Of a DNA stretch of 64,000 bases, positions 10,923 to 19,208 are shown in pieces. Source of the DNA: an uncultured Gammaproteobacteria bacterium (lineage in GTDB: Bacteria; Patescibacteriota; Patescibacteriia; UBA9934; GWF2-40-263). A program made the position numbers and the translations under genes. How positions within the stretch are numbered: the stretch's first letter is position 1; every line of letters starts with the position of its first letter. The notes under the pieces were generated by a model that was not told the DNA's origin, did not search any database, and saw only the letters and a program-made list of their open reading frames with translations. The stretch spans positions 15,948 to 79,947 of the forward strand of contig CAZIDX010000003.1 of the NCBI GenBank assembly GCA_964538435.1. The letters run 5' to 3'.

Positions 10923-12149
10923 TTATTGTTTGCGTTTTTTTGTTAAAAGAATGAATGTCATCAGGACAAGGACAAGAGCAGCAATCCCACTTGCTACCAT
11001 TCCCCACGACCATGAATCGTCATTATTGTCATCATCGATTCCCATTGCAGATGTAAGAACATCTGATTCTGCAGTAGGTTCATACCCCTCAGGGCGATCT
11101 AGATCTGTTCCCTCTGGATACACGCGCACAGACACAGCCTCATATGCACTATTCCCTGCTCGATCAAGCGCTGCCACACGAAACTGATATGTACCAGCCT
11201 CCAAATCCTCAATCTCAAGCGGGCTAGTCTGCACCTGGAAGTCGCTCTCATTAATCGCGATCTGATACTGAGCAACGCCGGACGTCTCATCAGTTGTGGC
11301 AAATGTGAGCCACACAGACTCACCCTCTACAACCTGCCCCTGCTCAGCTGTAAGCTCAATTGGATTTGGTGGAGTTGTATCAACAAGAACGGTTCGTGAT
11401 GCAATCTCTGTTTCTTCCTCTCCAGAAACCCCCTTCACACGAAAGTGGTAGATCCCATCTTCAAGCTCCTGCCAGCTCGCACTGAGCTCTTCCCCCTCTA
11501 GCTTCATATCAAGCTCTGTATCAGCAGCTGCCCCGAGCCCGTACCAATATTCATCAACCTCCACTTCAGGCTCTGTCCAAGTGATCTCAGAAGTATTTAC
11601 CGAATACCACTGAGCAGCATTTGGATGCGTACTGCTCTCAACAACAAGCCCAACCTCTTCCTCAGATACCCCCTCAACAAGCACCTCGGAGGTACCAAGC
11701 AATCCTGTATTTATCTTCTCTTCTCCATTTGCAATCGCACGCGAATCACCTGAAATGCTCAGCGTCGCCTCACCTTCAGTCAATGCAAGAAACGTTATCG
11801 TCACAAGCGCTGATTCTTCCACAACTGGACCACGAAGCGTGAAGCCGCCCCATGAAACCTTTCCATTCACATTATCGCGATAATTTCCGGGTGCGGATCG
11901 CTCAAATGCTCCTGTAAGCTGCGCACTACTTGCGCTCAAAACAGTTGGATCATAGGTCACAACAGCTCGAGCTGTATCAAGCTCCTCACCATTTGGATTG
12001 ATCATGACAACCACATCGAACATGGCACCTTGCTCAACCTCAATAGTCTGAGAATCAAAACTCATTGTGGCGTTTCCTACTGCCCCAACCCACATTGGGA
12101 GAGCAAGAAATGCGCTTGCAATAATCAGTAAGGTAAGAAAATTTCTCAT
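10923..12149 (-). CDS. Cohesin-domain protein with Ig/FN3-like domains and C-terminal TM anchor
   Basis: Signal peptide; FDVVVMINPNGEELDTARAVVTYDPTVL...LVTITFLALTEGEATL; VDTTPP and VAALDRAGN Ig-like motifs; TM followed by KKRKQ. Confidence 0.8.
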   Translation of the reverse strand: MRNFLTLLIIASAFLALPMWVGAVGNATMSFDSQTIEVEQGAMFDVVVMINPNGEELDTARAVVTYDPTVLSASSAQLTGAFERSAPGNYRDNVNGKVSWGGFTLRGPVVEESALVTITFLALTEGEATLSISGDSRAIANGEEKINTGLLGTSEVLVEGVSEEEVGLVVESSTHPNAAQWYSVNTSEITWTEPEVEVDEYWYGLGAAADTELDMKLEGEELSASWQELEDGIYHFRVKGVSGEEETEIASRTVLVDTTPPNPIELTAEQGQVVEGESVWLTFATTDETSGVAQYQIAINESDFQVQTSPLEIEDLEAGTYQFRVAALDRAGNSAYEAVSVRVYPEGTDLDRPEGYEPTAESDVLTSAMGIDDDNNDDSWSWGMVASGIAALVLVLMTFILLTKKRKQ

Positions 12150-12180
12150 ACATCTATATCCCCCTAATCAGTCATTATCG

Positions 12181-13029
12181 TTAAACACGAACACCCCATC
12201 GAGCAACCATCATTGAAAAATCATAGTCGTCAACGGCTTCATCTTCATTAAAATCCCCCTCGCGCGAATCATCTCCCCAAAATCCAATAAGCAAACTGAG
12301 GTCATAGTCATTCACAACATCATCCCCATTCACATCACCTACAAGCCGTCTATAAATCTCGTAATCAATTTCATCAATGCTGTTTTGCCCATCAAACGCC
12401 TCAATCGTGAACGTGTTCAAACCATAAGAAAGTGCAACTTCTGCCTGCCAATCTTCTCCGTCATACTCCCCATCAACATCTTCACCATTAATTTCAAGCC
12501 CATCAACACCATCCTCTGCTTCACCAAAAAGCAAAATAGATGATCCAAATGTAAACTCCATCTCTTCCAAACTTCCATCTACTGCAAGATCTCCAGAGGT
12601 TGCAGGTGATGCAGCTCCACCTCCACCACCTCCACCGGGTGCTGGTGGTGAGCCAGACGAGCAACTGCTAGTATCAAACGACGCGCAATCAGAAGCACAC
12701 GCTAACGTTCCAGAATCAAATCCCTGAGTTACACATGTTTGGCTATTCAAATTATTTCCGTCACACGTCTCAAGCGGATCACGAAAACCATCACCGCAGT
12801 AATAGGCAAACGAGGAACCTGACTCAACTTCATACGAAGTTCCTGTCACGCTCCCAACAAGCGGCTCAACAGCACCATCAACCTGATAGGAAGTCCCTGT
12901 CAAAGTGTCATGGCTAGAAAAAACGTTTGCATCTGGATTGAGCTGATAGGTTGTCCCTGTAATCGCCCCCACGCTCATTGGCATAGCTACGATCAAGGTT
13001 GCAATCGTCAATGTGATAATGGATTTCAT
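12181..13029 (-). CDS. Secreted protein with Cys-rich repeat and C-terminal dockerin
   Basis: YCGDGFRDPLETCDG...C Cys module; duplicated Ca-binding loops GDVNGDDVVNDYDLSLL / GDFNEDEAVDDYDFSMM. Confidence 0.8.
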   Translation of the reverse strand: MKSIITLTIATLIVAMPMSVGAITGTTYQLNPDANVFSSHDTLTGTSYQVDGAVEPLVGSVTGTSYEVESGSSFAYYCGDGFRDPLETCDGNNLNSQTCVTQGFDSGTLACASDCASFDTSSCSSGSPPAPGGGGGGGAASPATSGDLAVDGSLEEMEFTFGSSILLFGEAEDGVDGLEINGEDVDGEYDGEDWQAEVALSYGLNTFTIEAFDGQNSIDEIDYEIYRRLVGDVNGDDVVNDYDLSLLIGFWGDDSREGDFNEDEAVDDYDFSMMVARWGVRV

Positions 13030-13052
13030 AATCTTTTTTTGAATCTCGTGGG

Positions 13053-14132
13053 TTATCCCTCCAACAAACCTTCCCCATTAGGGTTGTAGCCATTCTCTAC
13101 CTCTGATCCGTCATCATAACCATCACCATCTGTGTCTGCATTTTCAGGATCAGTCCCCCATGTATTTGTTTCATCATGATCGCTCAAACCATCACCATCT
13201 GTATCAATGTCCGCATCTACTTCAGCTTCGGTCTCAGTCGTAGTTTCTGTCACATCCTCAGTTTCAGCCTCGTCATAGGTGAGCAAATCTGTGTAAGCGA
13301 TAGTGTGAAGCACATTCCACTCCATGTCCGTTGAAGGCATGGTTGCGTACTTCTGCCCAAAAAGCTCAAGCGCATCCTCTTCTGCTTGAACATCGCGAGG
13401 GTCTCCCTGACACCCGCCGTAGGCAATGCAGTGAAGAGCCTGCCAATCGTTCCCATTTGATGGCATGCGCGCATAAAACGCGCCAAAGTAAACAAGAGCT
13501 TGTGCCTCAAGCTCTGCATCTGTATTCTCACCAAGGCCATGCTCAGTGTCAGTTGTGTCTGTATCAGTGTCATCTGTGTCACCTGTCACATCAAAGTCAG
13601 CATCCCCATCAGAAAAATAATCCAGTCCAATTGTTGCAACCTCACCACCAGAAACAGTAATGGTCGATTGTCCCAAACTGGAAGTATCTAGCTTTTCCTC
13701 ACCATCATTGATGAGCATTGAGTCATCATCAACATTTATCTCCACGGTCCCAGAACGGAAGGCGTGAAAATTGAGCGTGAAAAGCGTTCCTGAATAATCA
13801 ATTTGATCTCCGAATTTATATGCACCAACACTAAGCTCTCCGCTTGTGTTGTCTCCCCAATTCGAAGGGAGTGCATAAGGGAATAAATCACCCCTCTCAT
13901 ACGAAATAATCTCCATCACACTTGCATCAAAGCTCAGATTAAGTCGCGCAGTATCAATCGATTCACCGTTTGGGGTGAAAAGGACATCTACAGAAAAACT
14001 GTCTCCAGTTTCAACAGAAGTGCTGTGAGGAGACAGCCAAAGAGTGGACGAGCCGCTTGCGTGAACAGGTTGCAAACCAAAACTCGATACGAAAATAAGA
14101 AGTCCCAAAAAGAGGACGGCGAACTTCTTCAT
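13053..14132 (-). CDS. Secreted cohesin-domain protein with duplicated helical motif and TSP3-like Ca-binding repeats
   Basis: Cohesin paralogous to 10923 (TPNGESIDTARLNLSFD); ALxxFGxxYAxMPSxxxxWxxLHxIAY x2; DTDGDGLSD/DTDGDGYDD. Confidence 0.8.
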   Translation of the reverse strand: MKKFAVLFLGLLIFVSSFGLQPVHASGSSTLWLSPHSTSVETGDSFSVDVLFTPNGESIDTARLNLSFDASVMEIISYERGDLFPYALPSNWGDNTSGELSVGAYKFGDQIDYSGTLFTLNFHAFRSGTVEINVDDDSMLINDGEEKLDTSSLGQSTITVSGGEVATIGLDYFSDGDADFDVTGDTDDTDTDTTDTEHGLGENTDAELEAQALVYFGAFYARMPSNGNDWQALHCIAYGGCQGDPRDVQAEEDALELFGQKYATMPSTDMEWNVLHTIAYTDLLTYDEAETEDVTETTTETEAEVDADIDTDGDGLSDHDETNTWGTDPENADTDGDGYDDGSEVENGYNPNGEGLLEG

Positions 14133-14280
14133 AAGAAAAAATTACGGCGGATTAGTCGGGACTATTTTGGAGAGCCCCTTGGGAGCAGTAACCGACAACG
14201 ACCCTCTTCAACAACTGCCAAGCAACTGGGATTGCTGGCGCTGCCTGAAGAAGGTTGTGGGTGCGTCGAAACTTATTCAA

Positions 14281-14309
14281 AGTATAGCAAAAAAATGAGT
14301 GTTTTTCGA
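14281..14309 (-). promoter_or_regulatory. sigma70 promoter of the cohesin operon, giving a ~140-nt leader
   Basis: TCGAAA-N17-TATACT with extended TG. Confidence 0.5.
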
Positions 14310-14406
14310 TGCAAACTGTGTATAAATCAAGTGATATTTTTGGTTAAAAAACTGTGCAAAAAGCAAAAACAGATACCATACAAAAAACCTGATATAATAA
14401 CCGCGT

Positions 14407-15759
14407 ATGAGCAAGGAGGAACGCATAAGCAAACACATCAAGCAAGAGCCTGGCCTTGCATTCATCCCCGATTTTCTTGAGAGCTTCCCGAAAGCGGAGC
14501 TTTTTCTTGTTGGAGGAGCTGTTCGCGATGCCATTGTTGGACGAAAAATGAAAGAACTAGACTTTGACTTTGTTGTGCGAGGTGTAGAAGCACAAACGCT
14601 TCATGACTGGTTTAAAACCAAAGGGCACATCGACTTAGTTGGGAGAGATTTTGGAGTATTCAAGTTCATGCCAGAAGGCTTCAGTACAGACAACCTGCAA
14701 TTCATCGATATTGCTCTCCCTCGCACCGAAGCTGCGCGCCCTGACAACGTTGGTGGCTACAAAGAATTCGACATCCAGTCTGACCCCAACCTCTCGATCG
14801 AAGATGATCTTTCGCGGCGCGACTTCACAATCAATGCGCTGGCATTTAATGTGCGGACAAGTGAACTCGTTGACCCATTCAATGGTCAACTCGATATTGA
14901 AAAGCGTCTCATTCGAACAGTCGGAAATCCACACGAACGCTTCTCAGAAGACATGTCTCGCATCCTACGCGCCATGCGCTTTGCAACAGAGCTCCGTTTT
15001 GAAATAGAAGCAGAAACACTTTCTTCTGTTAGACAACTCGCTGAGCGCGTAAACAATGAACGAGAAAAAAACAACAATCTCGAATACATCATCCCAAGAG
15101 AAACCCTCGGATCAGAACTTGGAAAAGCCTTCGAACGCAACCCAAGTGGAGCTGTTGATTGGATGATGAAAACAAAGCTCATGCACGCACTTTTCCCCAA
15201 AATTCAACAAATTATTGACGTTGATTCAACCTATATTTTACCAATGCACCAGCTCAAAGAAGGTTGTCTCATGATCACAATGACCCTTCTGCTGCGTGCT
15301 ATCGAACCTGAGAAAATAGAATCTACACTGGTACGTGTTGGCATGAACACTCTCCCACGCGACTCCTCACGCAGGCTCGATATTCACATGGTGCACTGGA
15401 TTATCACGCGACTGCACCCACCAATCACTCCAGAAGACGTCGCTCAAATGCCTGCAGCTGAATTTGAAAAATACTTTTTCAACAACAACGGAAGGCACAT
15501 GCTAAAAATCCTCAACTTCCTCGGCCACGCTGAAGTTGGAGTAGCAGCACGCGACCGCAAGCGCTCCATTGAAGCCAGATGGCTCATTGAACCTGGTGAA
15601 ACAATACCTCCCCTACTCTCAGGAGACGATGTTCTCAAAGCAGGTATTGAACAAGGACCAAAGGTGAGAAAAATCCTGGAAGACTGCCGCAGTCGACAAC
15701 TCGACGGCGAGCTGATGACAAGAGAGGCAGCAAAAACCTGGCTAAAAACCCGCACATAA
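14407..15759 (+). CDS. cca: Class II tRNA nucleotidyltransferase (CCA-adding family), no HD domain
   Basis: LVGGAVRD...DFDF, DLSRRDFTINA, EDMSRILRAMRF, C-terminal LSGDDVLKAGIEQGP. Confidence 0.9.
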   Translation: MSKEERISKHIKQEPGLAFIPDFLESFPKAELFLVGGAVRDAIVGRKMKELDFDFVVRGVEAQTLHDWFKTKGHIDLVGRDFGVFKFMPEGFSTDNLQFIDIALPRTEAARPDNVGGYKEFDIQSDPNLSIEDDLSRRDFTINALAFNVRTSELVDPFNGQLDIEKRLIRTVGNPHERFSEDMSRILRAMRFATELRFEIEAETLSSVRQLAERVNNEREKNNNLEYIIPRETLGSELGKAFERNPSGAVDWMMKTKLMHALFPKIQQIIDVDSTYILPMHQLKEGCLMITMTLLLRAIEPEKIESTLVRVGMNTLPRDSSRRLDIHMVHWIITRLHPPITPEDVAQMPAAEFEKYFFNNNGRHMLKILNFLGHAEVGVAARDRKRSIEARWLIEPGETIPPLLSGDDVLKAGIEQGPKVRKILEDCRSRQLDGELMTREAAKTWLKTRT

Positions 15760-15760
15760 C

Positions 15761-15790
15761 AAAAACTCCCGAATCACTTCGGGAGTTTTT
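15761..15790. terminator. Bidirectional terminator
   Basis: AAAAACTCCCGAA-TCAC-TTCGGGAGTTTTT between convergent units. Confidence 0.8.
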
Positions 15791-15890
15791 GGTAGGTCCG
15801 AGGGGATTTGAACCTCTGACCTCCACAATGTCAATGTAGCACCCTAACCAATCTCGACGCCCTGACCAACAACGTCAGGGGTCGGGACCC
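15790..15890 (-). pseudogene. Second tRNA-Val(GAC)-like sequence with the 5' D-arm replaced by a hairpin
   Basis: Minus strand ...TTGGTTAGGGTGCTACATTGACATTGTGGAGGTCAGAGGTTCAAATCCCCTCGGACCTACCA. The normal TAGCTCAG segment is absent. Confidence 0.65.
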
Positions 15891-16014
15891 CGACACCAAA
15901 GGTTGAATGAGTATGGCCAGATTGATGCTGCTCAAGCCTGCGGGATAAATCACTTGTGCTACCTATGTAAAAACGCCCACTATTCTCTTCTTGTAAAAAA
16001 TATATCCATGCCAT
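15844..16014 (-). pseudogene. Truncated GIY-YIG nuclease
   Basis: MAWIYFLQEENSGRFYIGSTSDLSRRLEQHQSGHTHST; similarity ends at the palindrome near 15900. Confidence 0.75.
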
Positions 16015-16077
16015 ACATGCACATAATAACAAAAGTGCAGAACAAGAAAATACACCAATATAAACTGGTGTATTTTC

Positions 16078-16154
16078 TGGTGCGCGTATCTGGATTTGAA
16101 CCAGAGACCTCCACAATGTCAATGTGGCACTCTAACCAACTGAGCTATACGCGC
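16078..16154 (-). tRNA. tRNA-Val (GAC)
   Basis: GCGCGTATAGCTCAGTTGGTTAGAGTG CCACA-TT-GAC-AT-TGTGG AGGTCTCTGGTTCAAATCCAGATACGCGCACCA. Confidence 0.97.
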
Positions 16155-16211
16155 ATATTCATTTATCGAACAAAAGTATAAGCCACCTCTTACATCACGT
16201 CAATCCTTGCC

Positions 16212-16664
16212 CTAAAAAAACTGACTCCCTCCTCCAACCTGCTTGTCTTGCTCCCTTGCCTCTTCTTCCTCTTCATCATGCAGCACAAGCCACGGCTTTG
16301 TATGCGACTTTGAAAGTGCCATGATTATGAACCCACCAAGCGCAAGCACGGCAGCACCCAGCATAAACGCACCAAACACCCCAGCGAACCCGCACGCAAA
16401 AACCGATGTAACCACCTCTGCTCTTGTTGTAGCTTCAACAAGACATGAATCAACAGCTTCTTGCGAGTAAGACAAACCTAGAACAGAAGCTGCAACTCCA
16501 CACACAAATGCCAAAATACTAAACAAACAACTAAACCGAACCTTTTTTATACGCCCAAGCCGCAAAATTGCAATCACAGCAAAAAACACTCCTCCCAAAA
16601 CCCAATACACCAAAAACCAAAGGATTGCTAAAAAGGCTGAAAATGAGGTAAAAGATATGTCCAT
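16212..16664 (-). CDS. Hypothetical 3-TM membrane protein
   Basis: Three hydrophobic segments, ATG start. Confidence 0.7.
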   Translation of the reverse strand: MDISFTSFSAFLAILWFLVYWVLGGVFFAVIAILRLGRIKKVRFSCLFSILAFVCGVAASVLGLSYSQEAVDSCLVEATTRAEVVTSVFACGFAGVFGAFMLGAAVLALGGFIIMALSKSHTKPWLVLHDEEEEEAREQDKQVGGGSQFF

Positions 16665-16759
16665 ACAGGTATGAAGGGATTATATCAGCCCCACCTTACC
16701 CCGTCACTGAGAGATTGACTAATAAGGGTGATATACTATAGTAAGCAACCACAAGATAC

Positions 16760-16835
16760 GGGCCTGTAGCTCAGTGGTTAGAGCGCGAAGCTTATACCTT
16801 CGTGGTCGATGGTTCAAATCCATCCAGGCCCACCA
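16760..16835 (+). tRNA. tRNA-Ile (UAU)
   Basis: GGGCCTGTAGCTCAGTGGTTAGAGCG CGAAG-CT-TAT-AC-CTTCG TGGTCGATGGTTCAAATCCATCCAGGCCCACCA; upstream TTGACT-N16-TATAGT. Confidence 0.93.
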
Positions 16836-16844
16836 AACAAACAT

Positions 16845-17015
16845 ATGCCTTTTATCCTGTTAGGAATTGCCTTGCTCATCACCAGCATCCTGCTGCTGCG
16901 CTGGGCAATCAAAAGCCAAGACAAAGAATTGATCGTTGGATTCAACGCTCTTCTTGTCGCAGCTGTCATCATGATCGTCTTTTTCGGCATCTTCTATAAT
17001 GTGCTCGTACCATAA
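16845..17015 (+). CDS. Small 2-TM membrane protein (56 aa)
   Basis: MPFILLGIALL...FYNVLVP fills the gap between the tRNA and rluD. Confidence 0.6.
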   Translation: MPFILLGIALLITSILLLRWAIKSQDKELIVGFNALLVAAVIMIVFFGIFYNVLVP

Positions 17016-17021
17016 TCTTCT

Positions 17022-17939
17022 ATGCCTGAAATAATTGTCCCAGAAGCTGCCAATGACTTGCGCATTGATACATATCTTGCCACAGAGCTTGAGCTCTCGC
17101 GCTCGCAAATTCAAAAACTTATCAAAGCAGGAGAAATAACGTTGTCTGATTCGTCTGTTCGCCCCAACGCAAAAGTCGAATCCGGAGACGTGATTTTTTA
17201 TCCAGAAACAGAAGTTCCTACAACAACAAAAACTGGACCCGCCCCCATTCTTGATGTTCTCTACGAAGACGATAATGTCATGGTAATCAACAAACCAGCA
17301 GGTCTTATCGTTCACCAAGCTGCACCCACAGACCAAGACCCAAATGTCGTAGATGCCCTACTTGAACTTCACCCAGAGATCGCAGAAGTGGGAGACGATC
17401 CCACCAGACCAGGAATCGTTCATCGCCTAGACAAAGATGTTTCAGGAGTCATGGTGGTTGCAAAAACTCAAGAAGCTTTTGAAGATCTAAAAGATCAATT
17501 TCAAGAACGCTCAATCGAAAAAGAATACATCGCCCTTGTCTACGGATCACTTCCAAAAGATTTCGACACAATAAAAACAAACATATCTCGCTCAAGATCA
17601 CGCGGACGCATGGTTTCAAGACCAATGTCACAGGACGGAAAGGAATCAATCACTGAATACTCCGTCATCGAGCGCCTCCCAACTACCACACATGTACGCG
17701 TGCGCATCCACACCGGACGAACCCATCAAATCCGCGTGCACTTCCACGCACTCGGTTACCCCCTCGTCGGCGACAAGCTCTACAAATTGAAAAAGATGAA
17801 ATTCCGCACACTCGAGCTTGACCGCATCTTCCTCCACGCCCGTCGACTCGGCTTCAACCTTCTTGATGGAACAAGAAAAATCATCGAAGTCGATCTTCCA
17901 CCAGAACTCCACAATCTTCTAAGACAACTCAAGTCCTAA
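17022..17939 (+). CDS. rluD: RluA/RluD-family 23S rRNA pseudouridine synthase
   Basis: S4 domain, INKPAGL, GIVHRLDKDVSG, TGRTHQIRVH. Confidence 0.92.
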   Translation: MPEIIVPEAANDLRIDTYLATELELSRSQIQKLIKAGEITLSDSSVRPNAKVESGDVIFYPETEVPTTTKTGPAPILDVLYEDDNVMVINKPAGLIVHQAAPTDQDPNVVDALLELHPEIAEVGDDPTRPGIVHRLDKDVSGVMVVAKTQEAFEDLKDQFQERSIEKEYIALVYGSLPKDFDTIKTNISRSRSRGRMVSRPMSQDGKESITEYSVIERLPTTTHVRVRIHTGRTHQIRVHFHALGYPLVGDKLYKLKKMKFRTLELDRIFLHARRLGFNLLDGTRKIIEVDLPPELHNLLRQLKS

Positions 17940-17941
17940 GT

Positions 17942-18487
17942 ATGATCATCACACTCACTGGCCTTCCTGGAGCCGGCAAATCAACCATCGCAACCTTGCT
18001 CTCAGAGCAACTCAACATGCCTTGGTACTCCATTGGTGACCTGAGAGGCAAAATGGCAGAAGAACGAGGTATGACCATAGACCAACTCAATGCACTCGGA
18101 GAACACGACGCCTCAACCGACAACAGCGTTGATGAGTACCAAACCAAACTTGGTCAAACTGAGGACAACTTTATTGTGGATGGGCGCCTCTCATGGCACT
18201 TCATTCCAAGCTCATTCAAAATCTTCCTTGACGTCGATGAAGACCATGCTGCTGAGCGTATTTTTCACGCCTCAAAAGAAGGCCTAAGACCCGATGAAGA
18301 CCCGTACGAAACCCCAGAAGACGTACGCAAAACAATTGAAGCGCGCCTGGCATCAGACCAGAAGAGATACCACAAGTACTACAACATCAACTACCTAGAT
18401 CGAGACAATTACGACCTCATAATCGACACAAGCACCAAAACCCCCGAAGAAATCGTAAAAATCATCAAAGAAGCCATAAGCCGTTGA
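17942..18487 (+). CDS. cmk: Cytidylate kinase (short, archaeal-type family)
   Basis: GLPGAGKST P-loop, DGRLSWHF, RYHKYYNI, YDLIIDTS. Confidence 0.85.
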   Translation: MIITLTGLPGAGKSTIATLLSEQLNMPWYSIGDLRGKMAEERGMTIDQLNALGEHDASTDNSVDEYQTKLGQTEDNFIVDGRLSWHFIPSSFKIFLDVDEDHAAERIFHASKEGLRPDEDPYETPEDVRKTIEARLASDQKRYHKYYNINYLDRDNYDLIIDTSTKTPEEIVKIIKEAISR

Positions 18488-18512
18488 CAAAAACGGCTTT
18501 TTTGTTTATGAT
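18484..18512 (+). promoter_or_regulatory. sigma70 promoter of rplS
   Basis: TTGACA-N17-TATGAT. Confidence 0.75.
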
Positions 18513-18590
18513 TGCGCCACATTAAGCACTTATCTAAGAACACTGATTGCCCGCTGTGGTGATGTGGTCCGCTAGGAAGTGACATAAGAA

Positions 18591-19145
18591 ATGACTATGT
18601 CAGACGAAAACACAAAGGCTCCTGAGGAGCAAAAGGAAGAAAAGGCTCCTGAGATCACTCAAGAAGAGCCAACCACAACCGAGGAGACTCCGGTTGAAGA
18701 AGCAAAGGAAGCTCCTGCCGAAGAAACTCCTGAAGAGGAAACCAAGAGCGAGCCAGAGAACCCTGGTCACGCCTACAAAGCAAAGCTTGTAGACTTCGAT
18801 GATCTTAAAACCGGACAAACTGTCCGTGTCCACGAGCTCATCAAAGACATCTCCTCAAAGGGAGAAGAGCGAGAGCGCATCCAGGTATTTGAAGGAATGA
18901 TCCTTGCATTCGGTGGTAAAGGCATTACACGAACCATCACTGTGCGAAAGGTCAACAAAGGATTCGGTGTAGAAAAAATTTACCCGATCAACTCACCTGT
19001 TGTTGCAAAAATCGAACTCGTAAAGAGCGCAAGGGTGCGACAAGCAAAGCTTGGATACCTCAAAAACCTCAAGAAACGATTTAAACGAAAGCTCAAGGAA
19101 ACCCACACAGAACTCGGAAAACAATCAAAGAAAAAGAAGCGGTAA
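18591..19145 (+). CDS. rplS: 50S ribosomal protein L19 with acidic N-terminal extension
   Basis: GQTVRVH...ERIQVFEG...TITVRK...GVEKIYPINSP...VRQAKLGYL. Confidence 0.95.
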   Translation: MTMSDENTKAPEEQKEEKAPEITQEEPTTTEETPVEEAKEAPAEETPEEETKSEPENPGHAYKAKLVDFDDLKTGQTVRVHELIKDISSKGEERERIQVFEGMILAFGGKGITRTITVRKVNKGFGVEKIYPINSPVVAKIELVKSARVRQAKLGYLKNLKKRFKRKLKETHTELGKQSKKKKR

Positions 19146-19208
19146 TCTATCAAAAAACACAACCCAAACAGGTTGTGTTTTGTATTAGAAAAGCCTAACC
19201 CCGAAAGA

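Noticed and set aside
15790-16154. Prophage or ICE attL/attR duplication at tRNA-Val
   Set aside because: The two copies differ in acceptor stem and T arm, and only ~200 bp with no integrase lie between them.
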